From assembly GCA_963675515.1 (NCBI GenBank), contig OY776328.1, positions 2,700,001-2,732,000 on the forward strand: a stretch of 32,000 nucleotides of DNA, in the 5' to 3' direction. A program made the position numbers and the translations under genes. The stretch comes from Coprobacillaceae bacterium. GTDB lineage: Bacteria; Bacillota_I; Bacilli_A; Erysipelotrichales; Coprobacillaceae. Within the stretch, counting starts at the first letter, position 1. The number at the start of each line of letters is the position of its first letter. The notes beneath the pieces were generated by a model. The model made no database searches and was not told the origin of the DNA. It was given only the letters and a program-made list of their open reading frames with translations. This document shows positions 1 through 9,609 of this stretch, one piece after another.

Positions 1-74
1 CTCTTTCTTGCTTGGATATTTTTCCTCGACCACACCCAGGGTGGTGAAACTGTGACGGAATACCGAGTCGATCT
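1..74 (-). CDS. GH1 6-phospho-beta-glucosidase/beta-glucosidase, 3' exon (partial, continues past the window start)
   Basis: After the intron 3' end (..CGCUAU at 75), joining G(2665) to AG(74-73) gives GAG. The frame stays open to position 1 as (E)IDSVFRHSFTTLGVVEEKYPSKKE, which continues the GH1 TFNE(I/P) acid/base motif. Confidence 0.7.
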
Positions 75-123
75 ATAGCGATAGGTAAGACTTTGATGTT
101 ATCTCCATCTTTTCCCCCGCTCC

Positions 124-157
124 ACACCGTGCATGCGACTTTCACCGCACACGGCGT
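124..157 (-). ncRNA. Group II intron domain V
   Basis: The minus strand reads ACGCCGUGUGCGGUGAAAGUCGCAUGCACGGUGU. This folds as the canonical 34-nt DV: a 9-bp lower helix, a 2-nt AU bulge, a 5-bp upper helix and a GAAA tetraloop. Positions 2-4 read CGC. Confidence 0.85.
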
Positions 158-173
158 TCCATCTAATTCTTCT

Positions 174-1968
174 TTAATTTATTTCAGTTAAATTACATCT
201 CTTACGCAACATGTTCAGTTTTTTAAGCTGTGTTTTGTTTAGATTGAACTTTTTCAATAGCGTTTTTTCAGTTTCCTGATTATTACCGTGTATTAGTTTA
301 TGTACTTCTTTGTGAATAATGATTAGATTGTCAAAATTATCGGTTCCACCATCTCCAACGGAAACAATGTGATGACAGTGTATTTCCTCGGCCGTTAGAA
401 ACAACTGGGTGATTCCACAACGCCCTTTTTGCATTGAATACTTTGAGATTGTGTTATCCCGATATTCCACACTTCCGTTTCCAATTGGCAGTTCCAGCAA
501 CCTCTTCATAACTGAGGTTACATTATTTTCTAATCGTTTATAAACTAATTTGCGCCCCTCTTGGGTATAGTTGCATATGTTTTGATTGAAGTTTGTCTTC
601 AATTTCCACTGCGTATCCGCCAGTGGAAACAATGAAATGGCTCCAATCGTGAATGTGCGATAGTTATTCTTAAATAACTTCTTATACAACGGTGGGGGAC
701 TCCTGGGTACTTCATATTTAGCTATTGGTTTCAATCGGTTGTACAAGGTCTTGAGCGTCTGATGGTAAACATTTCTAAAATCTATATTTACATGTGTTGC
801 AGCTTCATAATAATTTCTTATCCCCAGTATATATGAATTATAATTGTGGATATTCTTGGAAATTGTATGACGCTGTATCTCGATAACTCTTTTCCTTATT
901 TCCGCTTTGATTTTTATTTTACTTTTCGCCGATACAAAGGTATTCGCAACGTACTTCTTGCGCTTTGGTACCAGCTTCATTTCAAACCCCAAATAGTCCG
1001 ACCTACGTTTCCTTAGATTGGTAATCTTTGACTTTTCAGGTGAAACATTAAGTTTAAGTTCATTCTTCAGATATTCCTTGACCGCATGATATATCCTTAC
1101 CGCATTTTTATAACTGCAAGTGAAGACTCGTGCGTCATCGGCATACCTTACCGCATACATTTCTTTTAGATTGGTTTTCTTGAGTACTCTATACTTATAT
1201 GGACATTTATAATCAGCATTGAATGTTTCCCATTGATTGCTTATCCACCAGTCCAGATCGTTCAACACTACGTTTGAAAGTAATGGCGAAAGCACTCCTG
1301 CCCTGTGGTGTCCCACAGTGTGGGACACCTACTCCTTTGATGGGAGCTTTCAGCATTCTACTTATAATCGTCAGTACCTGATTATCCTTGATGCCGATAT
1401 TCCAAAGTTGTTTGATTAACTTGGTATGATTGACATTGTCAAAGAACGATTCGATATCCAAATCAACAACATAGTGATTGTGCGTCATATTGGCGATATG
1501 GCAACATCTTGACAAAGCATTATGGGTTGAGCGATTGGCTCTAAATCCATATGAATGCTTATGAAACTTCGCTTCGCAGATTGGTTCAAGTATCTGTTTG
1601 AACATCTGTTGAATCAGTCTGTCATGCATCGTTGGTATTCCCAATGGTCGTAATTTTCCATTAGGTTTAGGTATTTCTACTCTTCTTACCGTTTTTGGTT
1701 TATAGTCCAATAGCGATAGTCTAATATCCTGAATAAATTTCTCAACGTTTTCTATCTTGTAATCATCAATAGTAAGGCCGTCAGTGCCTTTTGTGTGACT
1801 TCCGGTGTTGCTTTTGATGTTTCGATAGGCGAGGAGTATATTGTTCCTGGATATCACCAGATTATAAAGATCTATCCCGTAAGTATCATTGTTTAAACTC
1901 ATTTGATACAACCAGTCAAAAGTTTCCTGCATACTGTAATATTCGTTGTTTCGTAATCCCGTGCTCAC
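174..1968 (-). pseudogene. Group II intron-encoded protein (reverse transcriptase / maturase X / HNH endonuclease), split by a 1-nt frameshift near 1299
   Basis: ORF 1213..1968 carries RT domains 0-4 (RVEIPKPNGKLRPLGIPTMHDRLIQQ, FRANRSTHNAL, ..CGTPQG). ORF 174..1328 continues in the +1 frame with GVLSPLLSNVVLNDLD, YADD, the maturase region and the HNH motif (HCHHIVSVGDGGTDNFDNLIIIHKEVHKLIH). At the junction the DNA reads CAG GGC A GGA GTG, so one extra nucleotide separates GTPQG from GVLSPLL. Confidence 0.85.
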
Positions 1969-2345
1969 CGATGGATTATTCCTTTCGTTTAGAACAATTG
2001 TTTCCCATCATCTTATCAGACCCTGTGAGCTTCATTTAACTGTAACTGATTTTTAAAGAACCAGACTTGGGGCTATCCCTCCACCATTTTTCGTGGCTTC
2101 ATCGGTACTGTGCCCCTACTTTCACGAGAATAAAAACACTTCGTTTACACTTATAGTTACCGTCCCGATAACAGTCGTTTAATAGACGTTTCTCGCTTAC
2201 AACGTTCCAAATATTCTAGCTTTACATTTATCCTTAGGTTCCTGCTATGAGCCTGATGAATTATACCCTCATTGTCGAGTATCTCGAATTTCATATCAAC
2301 GATTCTTACTTTTCGATATTCATCGTTGCGCACGCAACATGCCAC

Positions 2346-2354
2346 CTTTCAATA
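2346..2354 (-). other. Candidate EBS1 of the group II intron
   Basis: Minus-strand 5'-UAUUGAAAG-3', about 310 nt into the intron, is complementary to the 5' exon terminus 5'-CUUUCAAUG-3' (2665..2673) with 8 Watson-Crick pairs and 1 G-U pair. Confidence 0.6.
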
Positions 2355-2638
2355 GCACGACTTTCTAGACCCGTACATTCGCAGTTTCGTCAGTCCTTAC
2401 ACGGACATTCTCACCATAGATAATTTATAGCGTCCCGGCCTATCCTTTACCATATGATATATCACTTAGGTATTGTTCAGCCGACTTCACCTAGCTTCAC
2501 ACATAATTTTACTGTTATAACCTCATGCGTGTAGGAGTATCAGACTACTTGTTTCAGGCTAACATGACAGCCATCATTCCAAGTATTGAATATTCAGTTG
2601 TGATTTTCCTATTGGAAAATCCTCCCATTTCATGCCTA

Positions 2639-3238
<600 letters not shown>

Positions 3239-3323
3239 TTATCTTTTCAATCCGACTTTCTAATACACCCATATTTTAACTTATAAAAAAACAAAAAAGG
3301 GATAGTTTTCAAATTGGAAACTG

Positions 3324-3350
3324 AAAAAAGCCGGTTTCAAGGCCGACTTT
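3324..3350 (-). terminator. Rho-independent terminator after the RpiR gene
   Basis: Minus strand reads AAAGUCGG-CCUUGAAA-CCGGCUUU followed by a U run. The stem is 8 bp with one G-U pair, and the stop codon lies in the loop. Confidence 0.55.
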
Positions 3351-4134
3351 TGGTTGCTTGGCGGTAATGGAGCGTCAGGTAGTCGCTGATCAGGGAGAAA
3401 ATGGTCGAATGGGTCGTTATTTCATTGACCGCAGGATAGACCACGCAGTAATCGACCAGCGGATTTGTTTCAAGACAGCTGTTGGCGGTGATCACGACGA
3501 TTTTCGCCTTGGTCTTCTTGAACGCGCTTTTGTCGATATTCCCCTGGGTCATCTGGTGCTTTTTAAGGTAATCGCCCGAATGGGAAAAGATGATAATCAG
3601 GCTGTTTTCATCTGCCGCCTCGATATACTCATGCTGCTTGACATCGTTCAAGCAGGTGTAGATGTACTTGTCATTGTAAGCGAGCTTGGTCTGGAGATCG
3701 ATAGCCGCCGTCTGGGAATAAAGCAGACCAAAGGCGGCTACCTTCTTATATGAGACAATGTCTTCAACCAGTCTTTTTGCATTGGAATCCTCAATCGTCT
3801 CACTAAGAAGGTTGATATTGGATATCACCAGCTGGCTGTAATCGCCAAATGAGTTATGTTCAAGATAGTTCATGACGTTCGTGTTGTAGCTGAATTGGCT
3901 GTGGGGCACGTTGGGCAAGGCATCTCGGAATTCACCATAATCACTAAAGCCGATCTTGCGGATGAATTTCGAGATGGTCGATTTTGATACGTCGCAAAGC
4001 CGGGCCACCTGATCAATTGTCAAAGCGCCAAGCGCCGCGAAGTTCTCGATCAGACATTTGGCGACATGATAATTGGTCGTGTTTAGATCCTCTTCCAACA
4101 GCACCACCAGCAGGCGGTGGAGTACCATTCCCAT
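3337..4134 (-). CDS. RpiR/MurR family transcriptional regulator (HTH_6 + SIS domains)
   Basis: The N-terminal helix-turn-helix is LTIDQVARLCDVSKSTISKFIRKIGFSDYGEFRDAL. The C-terminal region resembles a SIS domain (VAAFGLLYSQTAAIDLQTKL.., IIIFSHSGD). Confidence 0.8.
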   Translation of the reverse strand: MGMVLHRLLVVLLEEDLNTTNYHVAKCLIENFAALGALTIDQVARLCDVSKSTISKFIRKIGFSDYGEFRDALPNVPHSQFSYNTNVMNYLEHNSFGDYSQLVISNINLLSETIEDSNAKRLVEDIVSYKKVAAFGLLYSQTAAIDLQTKLAYNDKYIYTCLNDVKQHEYIEAADENSLIIIFSHSGDYLKKHQMTQGNIDKSAFKKTKAKIVVITANSCLETNPLVDYCVVYPAVNEITTHSTIFSLISDYLTLHYRQATKSRP

Positions 4135-4146
4135 AATCGCTACCTT

Positions 4147-4611
4147 CTATTCTACCAGACAGAAATCCAGCAGGACCCGATCGACATAGCGCTTGGCTTG
4201 GCAGACAAACATGTACTTTTTAAGCCAGTCAAGGATGCTGTCATAGACCTCGAAATCGGGACTGGTCGCAAAATAATATTGGCTGCTGTCGACAAATTCA
4301 CCGGCAACGACCTTGGCGACATCATCTTGCTCGAGCGAACGGACCCCGTTGTTTTCGATATAGAATGACCGGCCGTCATCGAGGCGGACGGCGTAGCGGG
4401 CTGAAAGTTCGCATACACAATTTGGCTTTATTATCTGGCTGTCGATGCCACCGGGAAGCACCACGCCTGCGATCTTGTTGCCATGAAAGTCGCAACCCGA
4501 CAACTCCCCTTTAACGATAGGAATCAGCTGGCGTCTCCCGACGATATCGTTTTGGCCCACTACGATCGGCTCGCTCACGTAAATTGCAACTTCAAACAAT
4601 TTATTCAACAT
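4147..4611 (-). CDS. DUF3237 (UPF0311) family protein
   Basis: 154 aa with the family-like pattern GRRQLIPIVKGELSG...VLPGGIDSQII...ELSARYAVRLDDG..FYIENNG. It lies 12 nt upstream of the RpiR gene. Confidence 0.6.
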   Translation of the reverse strand: MLNKLFEVAIYVSEPIVVGQNDIVGRRQLIPIVKGELSGCDFHGNKIAGVVLPGGIDSQIIKPNCVCELSARYAVRLDDGRSFYIENNGVRSLEQDDVAKVVAGEFVDSSQYYFATSPDFEVYDSILDWLKKYMFVCQAKRYVDRVLLDFCLVE

Positions 4612-4649
4612 ATAATCATCCTCTTATCTTCCAATCCGGTCTGTCTAGC

Positions 4650-5996
4650 CTATTTGGTCCGCTTGTGCAACGGTTCATAATCAATGTCTGTGGATACCGC
4701 CCGGTAGGCCGGTCTTATGATTTTGCCCTCGTTGACAATCTCCTCAACCCGGTGGGCGCACCACCCGGCAATCCGCGATACCGCAAACAACGGGGTGTAC
4801 AGTTCCAGGGGAATGTTTAACATCCGGTAGACAAATCCGGAATAGAAGTCCACATTGATGGAAACACCCTTATACATCCTGCGGTGCTTGGAGATAACCA
4901 CCGGCGCCAGTTTCTCGACGCGCTCGTACAGCTCGAATTCTTCCTGCAACCCTTTTTCACAGGCCAGCTCACCGACATATTTCTTGAAGATTACCGCCCG
5001 GGGATCGGAAATCGAATACACCGCATGGCCCACGCCATAGATCAGTCCCTGGTTGTCAAAGGCTTGCTTGTTCAGCAGTTTTGTCAGATAATCCTCTATC
5101 GCACTTTCATCGTTCCAGTCAGCTACATTGGCCTTGAGGTCGTCGAACATGGCCGCAACTTTGAGATTGGCCCCGCCATGACGCGGTCCTTTTAGAGAAC
5201 CGATTGCCGAGGCGATGGCACAGTAAGTGTCCGTCCCCGACGAAGATACCACATGGGTCGTGAAAGTCGAATTGTTCCCGCCGCCGTGCTCGGCATGCAA
5301 AACAAGCGCCAGATCAAGCAGTTCCGCCTCGAGAAGCGTATATTGGTTGTCGGCACGAAGCATATACAGGATGTTTTCGGCAATCGATAGATCCATCCTA
5401 GGGTTGTGGATGACCAGGGAATTGTCGCCGTGATAATGGGTAAAGGCCTGATAGCCGTAAACCGCAAGCAACGACAGCTGCGAAATAAGCTGGATCGACT
5501 GACGCAACAGGTTTTCTACCGATATGTCGTCCGGATTGTCATCATAACTGTAAAGACTCAAAACCGACCGGGCCAGCACGTTCATTATATCCTTGCTTGG
5601 GCTTCTCATTATCATGTCATTGATAAAAAAATCCGGCAAAGCCCGTTGCCTGCATATCTCGGCCTTGAATTCCTCAAGTTCAGCCATGTCGGGCAACTGA
5701 CCGAAAAGAAGCAGATAGATCGTCTCTTCGAAACCCTTGCGGTTCTCGGATATGAATCCGGCCACCAGATCCTCGATATTGACACCCCGGTATTTAAGAC
5801 GCCCCGGAATCGCCTGGGCGATGCCGTCCTTGTGTTCCACCGACTCGACCGCACCGATGCGCGTCAACCCGGCCAGGACCCCCTGCCCATTGAGGTCGCG
5901 AAGGCCCCTTTTTACATCATATTTCTCATATAAACTGCGTTCCACCTGATTGCAGTCAATTGCCAATTTACGCCATTTTTCCATATTATCACCCAT
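4650..5996 (-). CDS. Citrate synthase (Si-type citrate/2-methylcitrate synthase family)
   Basis: 448 aa with LVLHAEHGGGNNSTFT, GPRHGGAN, GVGHAVY and AVSRIAGWCAHRVEE motifs. An AAGGA RBS lies 8 nt before the ATG. Confidence 0.9.
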   Translation of the reverse strand: MGDNMEKWRKLAIDCNQVERSLYEKYDVKRGLRDLNGQGVLAGLTRIGAVESVEHKDGIAQAIPGRLKYRGVNIEDLVAGFISENRKGFEETIYLLLFGQLPDMAELEEFKAEICRQRALPDFFINDMIMRSPSKDIMNVLARSVLSLYSYDDNPDDISVENLLRQSIQLISQLSLLAVYGYQAFTHYHGDNSLVIHNPRMDLSIAENILYMLRADNQYTLLEAELLDLALVLHAEHGGGNNSTFTTHVVSSSGTDTYCAIASAIGSLKGPRHGGANLKVAAMFDDLKANVADWNDESAIEDYLTKLLNKQAFDNQGLIYGVGHAVYSISDPRAVIFKKYVGELACEKGLQEEFELYERVEKLAPVVISKHRRMYKGVSINVDFYSGFVYRMLNIPLELYTPLFAVSRIAGWCAHRVEEIVNEGKIIRPAYRAVSTDIDYEPLHKRTK

Positions 5997-6289
5997 TTGT
6001 TTTATCCTTTCTTTAACATTAAAAACAACCTCGCAAAAGGTCGGTATTACTTTCAGTCGCGAAAAAACCTACGTTAATGATAACACAAATCCAAGCATTA
6101 GGCAATCTTTAGTCCAAAACACCATTGCCTGATTTAAGCGAAACGCTAAAAATATGGAATCAAAATTGTGAAAATAAGATATTTTTACAATTGCGCATTA
6201 ACATCTGTATTCAAACAGGAAACCGACCCTTGCATTACTTGCGACAAATAGAAAATCAAGCTACTAAAATACAATGTCCCCCTGCATGC

Positions 6290-6318
6290 TTGCAACTGCA
6301 GTCCGTCGGGATTATAAT
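6290..6318 (+). promoter_or_regulatory. Sigma-70-type promoter for the 6354 gene
   Basis: TTGCAA (6290-6295), 17-nt spacer, TATAAT (6313-6318). Confidence 0.55.
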
Positions 6319-6353
6319 TATCTTAAATAAAGATCACTAGGGGAGGGATTATT

Positions 6354-6734
6354 ATGGATGATTTCATCGGATCTTACTGGCCAATCTTGTTGCTTGGATT
6401 ATGGGTATTTCTCGCCTTCGCATTTGGAAAAAAGGGCACATTTTACCATTGGGCAGCGCGGATCACAGCCATATGTGATCTGATATTCCTGGCGTACTTC
6501 AATCTGGGCACACCCGGGCTGGACCAGGCCCTGATTGCAATCCCGATTGTGGCAGTGCTGGTCTTGGCTTGGCGCAATGATCTTGTCGGAGCTGTCGGGT
6601 TTCTTGCAATCGGTGTCTTCTTCCTGGCGTATTTTGAATGGGGCGATTTCCCGATTGGCGTGGTGCCGATAATAATAGCCGCATTCTTCCTGATTGGCTG
6701 GCGCCAGAGCAACAAGCCCCGACCTGGCAAATAA
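6354..6734 (+). CDS. Small integral membrane protein (about 4 TM), unknown function
   Basis: 126 aa, strongly hydrophobic, with a GGGAGGG RBS upstream. I recognise no family. Confidence 0.6.
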   Translation: MDDFIGSYWPILLLGLWVFLAFAFGKKGTFYHWAARITAICDLIFLAYFNLGTPGLDQALIAIPIVAVLVLAWRNDLVGAVGFLAIGVFFLAYFEWGDFPIGVVPIIIAAFFLIGWRQSNKPRPGK

Positions 6735-6766
6735 AGCTGCCGGATTTGAAATCCGCCAATTTTAAC

Positions 6767-6795
6767 TTGCCTAGGCATTTTGGTTGTGCTAGAAT
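6767..6795 (+). promoter_or_regulatory. Promoter of the riboswitch/ATPase transcript
   Basis: TTGCCT (6767-6772), 17-nt spacer, extended -10 TGcTAGAAT (6787-6795). This is about 14 nt upstream of the aptamer. Confidence 0.6.
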
Positions 6796-6808
6796 ATCAA
6801 TGATTTAA

Positions 6809-6899
6809 CGAGGGAGTAACTTTCCACATAAGGATTGGTTTTCGTCAATACGGCTTGATAGCCCGGCAACCAAGATGCGATTGCATTTAGTGAGACTCG
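6809..6899 (+). promoter_or_regulatory. yybP-ykoY (Mn2+) riboswitch aptamer
   Basis: CGAG-GGAGUAAC...GUCAAUAC...UUGGUU/AACCAA...UUGCAU-UUAGUGAGA-CUCG. P1 is CGAG/CUCG. The conserved GGAGUA and UUUAGnnAGA loops and the GUCAAUnCG junction parallel the Lactococcus yoaB and Bacillus yybP aptamers as I recall them. Confidence 0.8.
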
Positions 6900-6935
6900 A
6901 TTGAACCTTTTTTAAGATTCAATTGGGTCTTTTTT
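6893..6935 (+). terminator. Riboswitch expression-platform terminator
   Basis: AGACUCGAUUGAA / UUCAAUUGGGUCU forms a 13-bp stem with 2 G-U pairs and a 12-nt loop, followed by UUUUU. The 5' arm includes the P1 3' strand (CUCG, 6896-6899), so P1 and the terminator are mutually exclusive. Confidence 0.75.
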
Positions 6936-6952
6936 GCTTACAAGGAGGAAAT

Positions 6953-9556
6953 ATGGAACGATTCGAACTAAAATCAATAGAAGAAGTAATGGATTATCTC
7001 AATACCAGCCCCCAGGGGCTAAGCGCCAGCCAGGTCGAAGCGAGCCGGCAAAAACATGGTGCCAACAAGCTGGCTGAAGAAAAGCCGGTTTCGCCATTGA
7101 TTATTTTTTTAAGCCAGTTCAAGGACTTTCTGGTTATAATCCTGATTGTCGCGGCCATTCTGTCTGCCGCGATGGGGAAATTCGAAAGTACCCTGGTAAT
7201 CATCGCCGTGCTCATCCTGAACGCCGTTTTGGGAACAGTGCAGCATATCAAGGCTGAAAAATCCCTGGCAAGTTTGAAAAAACTGTCATCGCCAACTGCT
7301 AAAGTCATGCGTGACGGACTCAAAGTCGAGATCCCTTCCGAAGATGTTGTCGTGGGCGACATCCTGGTATTCGATGCAGGCGACTATATTCCAGCCGATG
7401 CCCGGGTCATTGAAAGCTATTCCCTGCAAACAAACGAAAGCTCGCTTACCGGGGAATCGGTAAGTGTGGAAAAAATATCAGCCGCATTGGAAAACCCCAA
7501 GGCTGCCCTGGGCGACCAGATCAACCGCGTGTTCTCAAGCAGTTTTGTGACCTACGGCCGCGGTCTGGCAACAGTTACCGCAGTGGGAAACGAGACTGAA
7601 ATCGGCAAGATTGCCAGCCTGCTGGCGGCAGCACGGGAAAAGGAAACACCTTTGCAACAGTCACTGGACGGCTTTGGCAAGAAACTGGCAATCTTCATCA
7701 TTCTGGTTTCAGCCCTTGTATTTGGACTTAGCATATGGCGGGGCAATCCGATCATGGATTCTTTGATGTTTGCGATCTCGCTGGCGGTTGCGGCCATCCC
7801 CGAAGCCCTAAGTTCGATTGTCACAATCGTCCTGGCAATCGGAACAAGAAAACTCGCCGAAGAGAATGCGATCATCCGCAAGCTCCACTCGGTCGAAAGT
7901 CTTGGAAGCATTTCGGTCATCTGCTCGGACAAGACCGGAACACTAACCCAAAACAAGATGACCGTTAAGAAGGTGTTCGTTGACGACAAACTGCTCGACA
8001 CCCAGCAGATAAACAAAGAGGATCCCCTTGAAGACAAGCTGCTTATGGCCGGAGTCCTTTGCAACGACGCCTTGATCAATGAAGAGTCAAGCATCGGTGA
8101 CCCGACCGAAATAGCCCTGGTCGACCTGGCCAAAAGACTTGACCGTGATGATGATCAGGTTCGCAACGCATATCCTCGTCTGGGCGAGCTTCCTTTTGAC
8201 AGCGACCGCAAGCTGATGACAACCTACCATGAAATGGACGATTCACATGTTTCGTTCACCAAGGGTGCCCTGGATGTCATCCTGAGACGGGCCACCCATA
8301 TCGAGACCAGCGACGGTGTCCGACCGATAACCCAGATCGATATCGAGAAATACGAAAAAACCAACTATGAGCTTTCGAATTCGGGATTGCGGGTGCTGGC
8401 GTTTGCATGGCGCAAGATTGACATCACATCGGTCGATGAAAGCATCGAAAATGACCTGATCCTTATCGGTGCGATGGCGATGATGGATCCGCCCCGGGTC
8501 GATTCCGCTGCCGCTGTCGAAGCATGCAAGCGGGCGGGAATAAAACCGGTCATGATCACCGGCGACCACAAGATAACCGCCTCAGCCATTGCCCGGGAAA
8601 TCGGGATCCTGGAAGAAGGCGACCAGGCAATTGAAGGCGAAGCGATCGAGAACCTGACCGAACAGGAGCTTATCGACCTTGTTCCCAAGGTCTCGGTCTA
8701 TGCCCGGGTTTCTCCCGAACACAAGATCCGGATTGTCTCGGCCTGGCAGGCAATCGGCAATGTTGTGGCCATGACCGGAGATGGTGTCAACGATGCTCCG
8801 GCTCTGAAAAAATCCGACGTGGGAATCGCCATGGGAATCACCGGAACCGAAGTGGCCAAAGATGCGGCAAGCATGGTCCTTACCGATGACCGCTTTGCCA
8901 CAATCGTGACCGCCATTGCCAACGGGAGAAGCATCTATGGCAACATCAAGAACGCGATCAAGTTCCTTCTTTCAGGAAACACCGCTGCGATTATCGCTGT
9001 GCTTTACGCATCACTGATTGGACTGCCCGCACCATTCGCACCGGTCCACCTGCTGTTCATCAACCTGCTTACCGACTCGCTTCCGGCCATCGCAATCGGA
9101 ATGGAACCTTCGAACAACTCGCTGATGGCCCAGAAACCTCGCGACATCTCCAGACCGATCATGGATCGCCGCTTTGGATTCGAGGTCCTGCTTGAAGGGA
9201 TAATCATCGCCCTTGTCACGATGAGCGCCTATTACCTTGGGGCCCAAAGTTCGACTGGGGCCGGGATGACGATGGCCTTTGCGACATTGAGCCTCACCCG
9301 GCTTGTCCACGGCTTCAACTGCCGTTTCGAAGCTCCGCTGGGACTGAAAACCGCCTTTACCAACGTATTCTCATATCTGGCCTTGGGAATCGGAGCCATC
9401 CTGCTGTTTTCAGTGGTGATCTTCACTCCTTTCCACAAGCTGTTCGAAGTGACTCCTCTGAATGTCGAACAGATCGGGTCGATTGTCGCCCTTTCGTTCA
9501 TTCCCCTGGTGGTCATCCAGATCGGAAAACGGATCGTAAGCCATTTCGAAAAATAG
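6953..9556 (+). CDS. Cation-transporting P-type ATPase, type IIA (SERCA/PMCA-like Ca2+/Mn2+ pump)
   Basis: Motifs CSDKTGTLTQNKM, TGDHKITA, MTGDGVNDAPALKKSDVGIAMG and the M4 motif AAIPEALSS. The start is placed at ATG 6953 (MERFELK), preceded by AGGAGG at 6943-6948. The tracked start at 6923 lies inside the terminator hairpin. Confidence 0.9.
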   Translation: MERFELKSIEEVMDYLNTSPQGLSASQVEASRQKHGANKLAEEKPVSPLIIFLSQFKDFLVIILIVAAILSAAMGKFESTLVIIAVLILNAVLGTVQHIKAEKSLASLKKLSSPTAKVMRDGLKVEIPSEDVVVGDILVFDAGDYIPADARVIESYSLQTNESSLTGESVSVEKISAALENPKAALGDQINRVFSSSFVTYGRGLATVTAVGNETEIGKIASLLAAAREKETPLQQSLDGFGKKLAIFIILVSALVFGLSIWRGNPIMDSLMFAISLAVAAIPEALSSIVTIVLAIGTRKLAEENAIIRKLHSVESLGSISVICSDKTGTLTQNKMTVKKVFVDDKLLDTQQINKEDPLEDKLLMAGVLCNDALINEESSIGDPTEIALVDLAKRLDRDDDQVRNAYPRLGELPFDSDRKLMTTYHEMDDSHVSFTKGALDVILRRATHIETSDGVRPITQIDIEKYEKTNYELSNSGLRVLAFAWRKIDITSVDESIENDLILIGAMAMMDPPRVDSAAAVEACKRAGIKPVMITGDHKITASAIAREIGILEEGDQAIEGEAIENLTEQELIDLVPKVSVYARVSPEHKIRIVSAWQAIGNVVAMTGDGVNDAPALKKSDVGIAMGITGTEVAKDAASMVLTDDRFATIVTAIANGRSIYGNIKNAIKFLLSGNTAAIIAVLYASLIGLPAPFAPVHLLFINLLTDSLPAIAIGMEPSNNSLMAQKPRDISRPIMDRRFGFEVLLEGIIIALVTMSAYYLGAQSSTGAGMTMAFATLSLTRLVHGFNCRFEAPLGLKTAFTNVFSYLALGIGAILLFSVVIFTPFHKLFEVTPLNVEQIGSIVALSFIPLVVIQIGKRIVSHFEK

Positions 9557-9567
9557 CCAGCATGCTT

Positions 9568-9594
9568 AAAAGTCCGCTTACGCGGACTTTTTTG
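9568..9594. terminator. Bidirectional rho-independent terminator between the convergent ATPase and patatin genes
   Basis: AAAAGUCCGC-UUAC-GCGGACUUUUUU, with a perfect 7-bp GC-rich core flanked by A and U runs. Confidence 0.8.
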
Positions 9595-9609
9595 ATTGGA
9601 TTAACGACC

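Noticed and set aside
1290-1310. Programmed +1 ribosomal frameshift joining the two halves of the intron-encoded protein, at the rare AGG codon in GGC-AGG.
   Set aside because: The P-site codon GGC cannot re-pair in the +1 frame (GCA), and there is no stimulatory SD-like or slippery context. A mutation or a sequencing error is more parsimonious.
174-1968. The reverse transcriptase might belong to a retron, DGR or Abi-type defence system.
   Set aside because: The maturase X and HNH domains, the flanking GUGCG 5' end, domains V and VI, and exact exon restoration identify it as a group II intron IEP.
2157-2345. A 62-aa ORF within the intron upstream of the IEP.
   Set aside because: It lies in the structured domain I-III RNA and has no RBS or recognisable motif.
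6923-6952. The N-terminal extension MGLFCLQGGN of the P-type ATPase in the ORF track.
   Set aside because: It has a non-ATG start inside the riboswitch terminator hairpin. A canonical AGGAGG-N4-ATG occurs at 6953.
4855-9516. Many antisense or alternate-frame ORFs of 60-190 aa inside the citrate synthase and P-type ATPase genes.
   Set aside because: These are shadow ORFs typical of higher-GC coding regions. They are Arg/Ser/Pro-rich, have no RBS, and are nested entirely in strongly supported genes.
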